Of a DNA stretch of 64,000 nt, positions 63,929 to 64,000 are shown piece after piece. The translations under genes were made by a program, and so were the position numbers. The first letter of the stretch is position 1. Each line of letters begins with the position of its first letter. A model generated the notes under the pieces. The model did not search any database. It was not told the DNA's origin and worked only from the letters and a program-made list of their open reading frames with translations. Source of the stretch: Chara braunii. Taxonomy: Eukaryota; Plantae; Charophyceae. The DNA lies in contig BFEA01000031.1 in assembly GCA_003427395.1 (NCBI GenBank), positions 1,338,221 to 1,402,220 of the forward strand, in the 5' to 3' direction.

Positions 63929-64000
63929 ATAAGAAGAGTCACCCTGTGCTAGTTCTAGTAAGTCAAGAAGAAGGGGTGTATTATGATCACGAAAGATAAT

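Larger units (their letters stand above)
56048..64000 (+). mobile_element. Ty3/Gypsy-like LTR retrotransposon D, 5' part (runs off the right edge)
   Basis: LTR end plus PBS, accessory ORFs, gag with zinc knuckle, protease, start of pol in the -1 frame. Confidence 0.88.

Overview
Eukaryotic, transposon-saturated DNA with no intact host gene. The style (long (ATT)n tracts, very large Ty3/Gypsy elements) is reminiscent of a streptophyte alga such as Chara; this is inference, not verified. The window holds parts of four different Ty3/Gypsy-type LTR retroelements, each with a tRNA-Asp-type PBS (consensus TGGCGCCGTTGCCGGGGAT). A (minus): 5' LTR from 2750, internal region running off the left edge. 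B (minus): LTR end at 14182, gag at 11105-11991, heavily decayed pol. C (minus): complete, 21151-43328, about 22 kb with about 4-kb LTRs and gag-PR-RT-RNaseH-IN broken by a few stops. D (plus): 5' LTR ending at 58262, gag-PR, running off the right edge. C is nested in a probable solo LTR of the A family (19522 to about 46083). The main unexplained system is an array of tandemly duplicated, unrecognised 100-250 aa ORFs that A, C and D carry between PBS and gag; the same protein families recur across elements. In the A family such ORFs sit inside the LTR and show a synonymous-substitution excess. In D each ORF and gag, and in B gag, is preceded by a 3' splice-site motif. B and D share a structured LTR block containing a 5' splice donor. 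D has a U-UUU-UUA -1 frameshift signal between protease and RT. Together this resembles complex-retrovirus-style gene expression in a Gypsy lineage. The 46-56 kb stretch holds microsatellites, a Pol III/tRNA-like hairpin and a spliced multi-exon relic.
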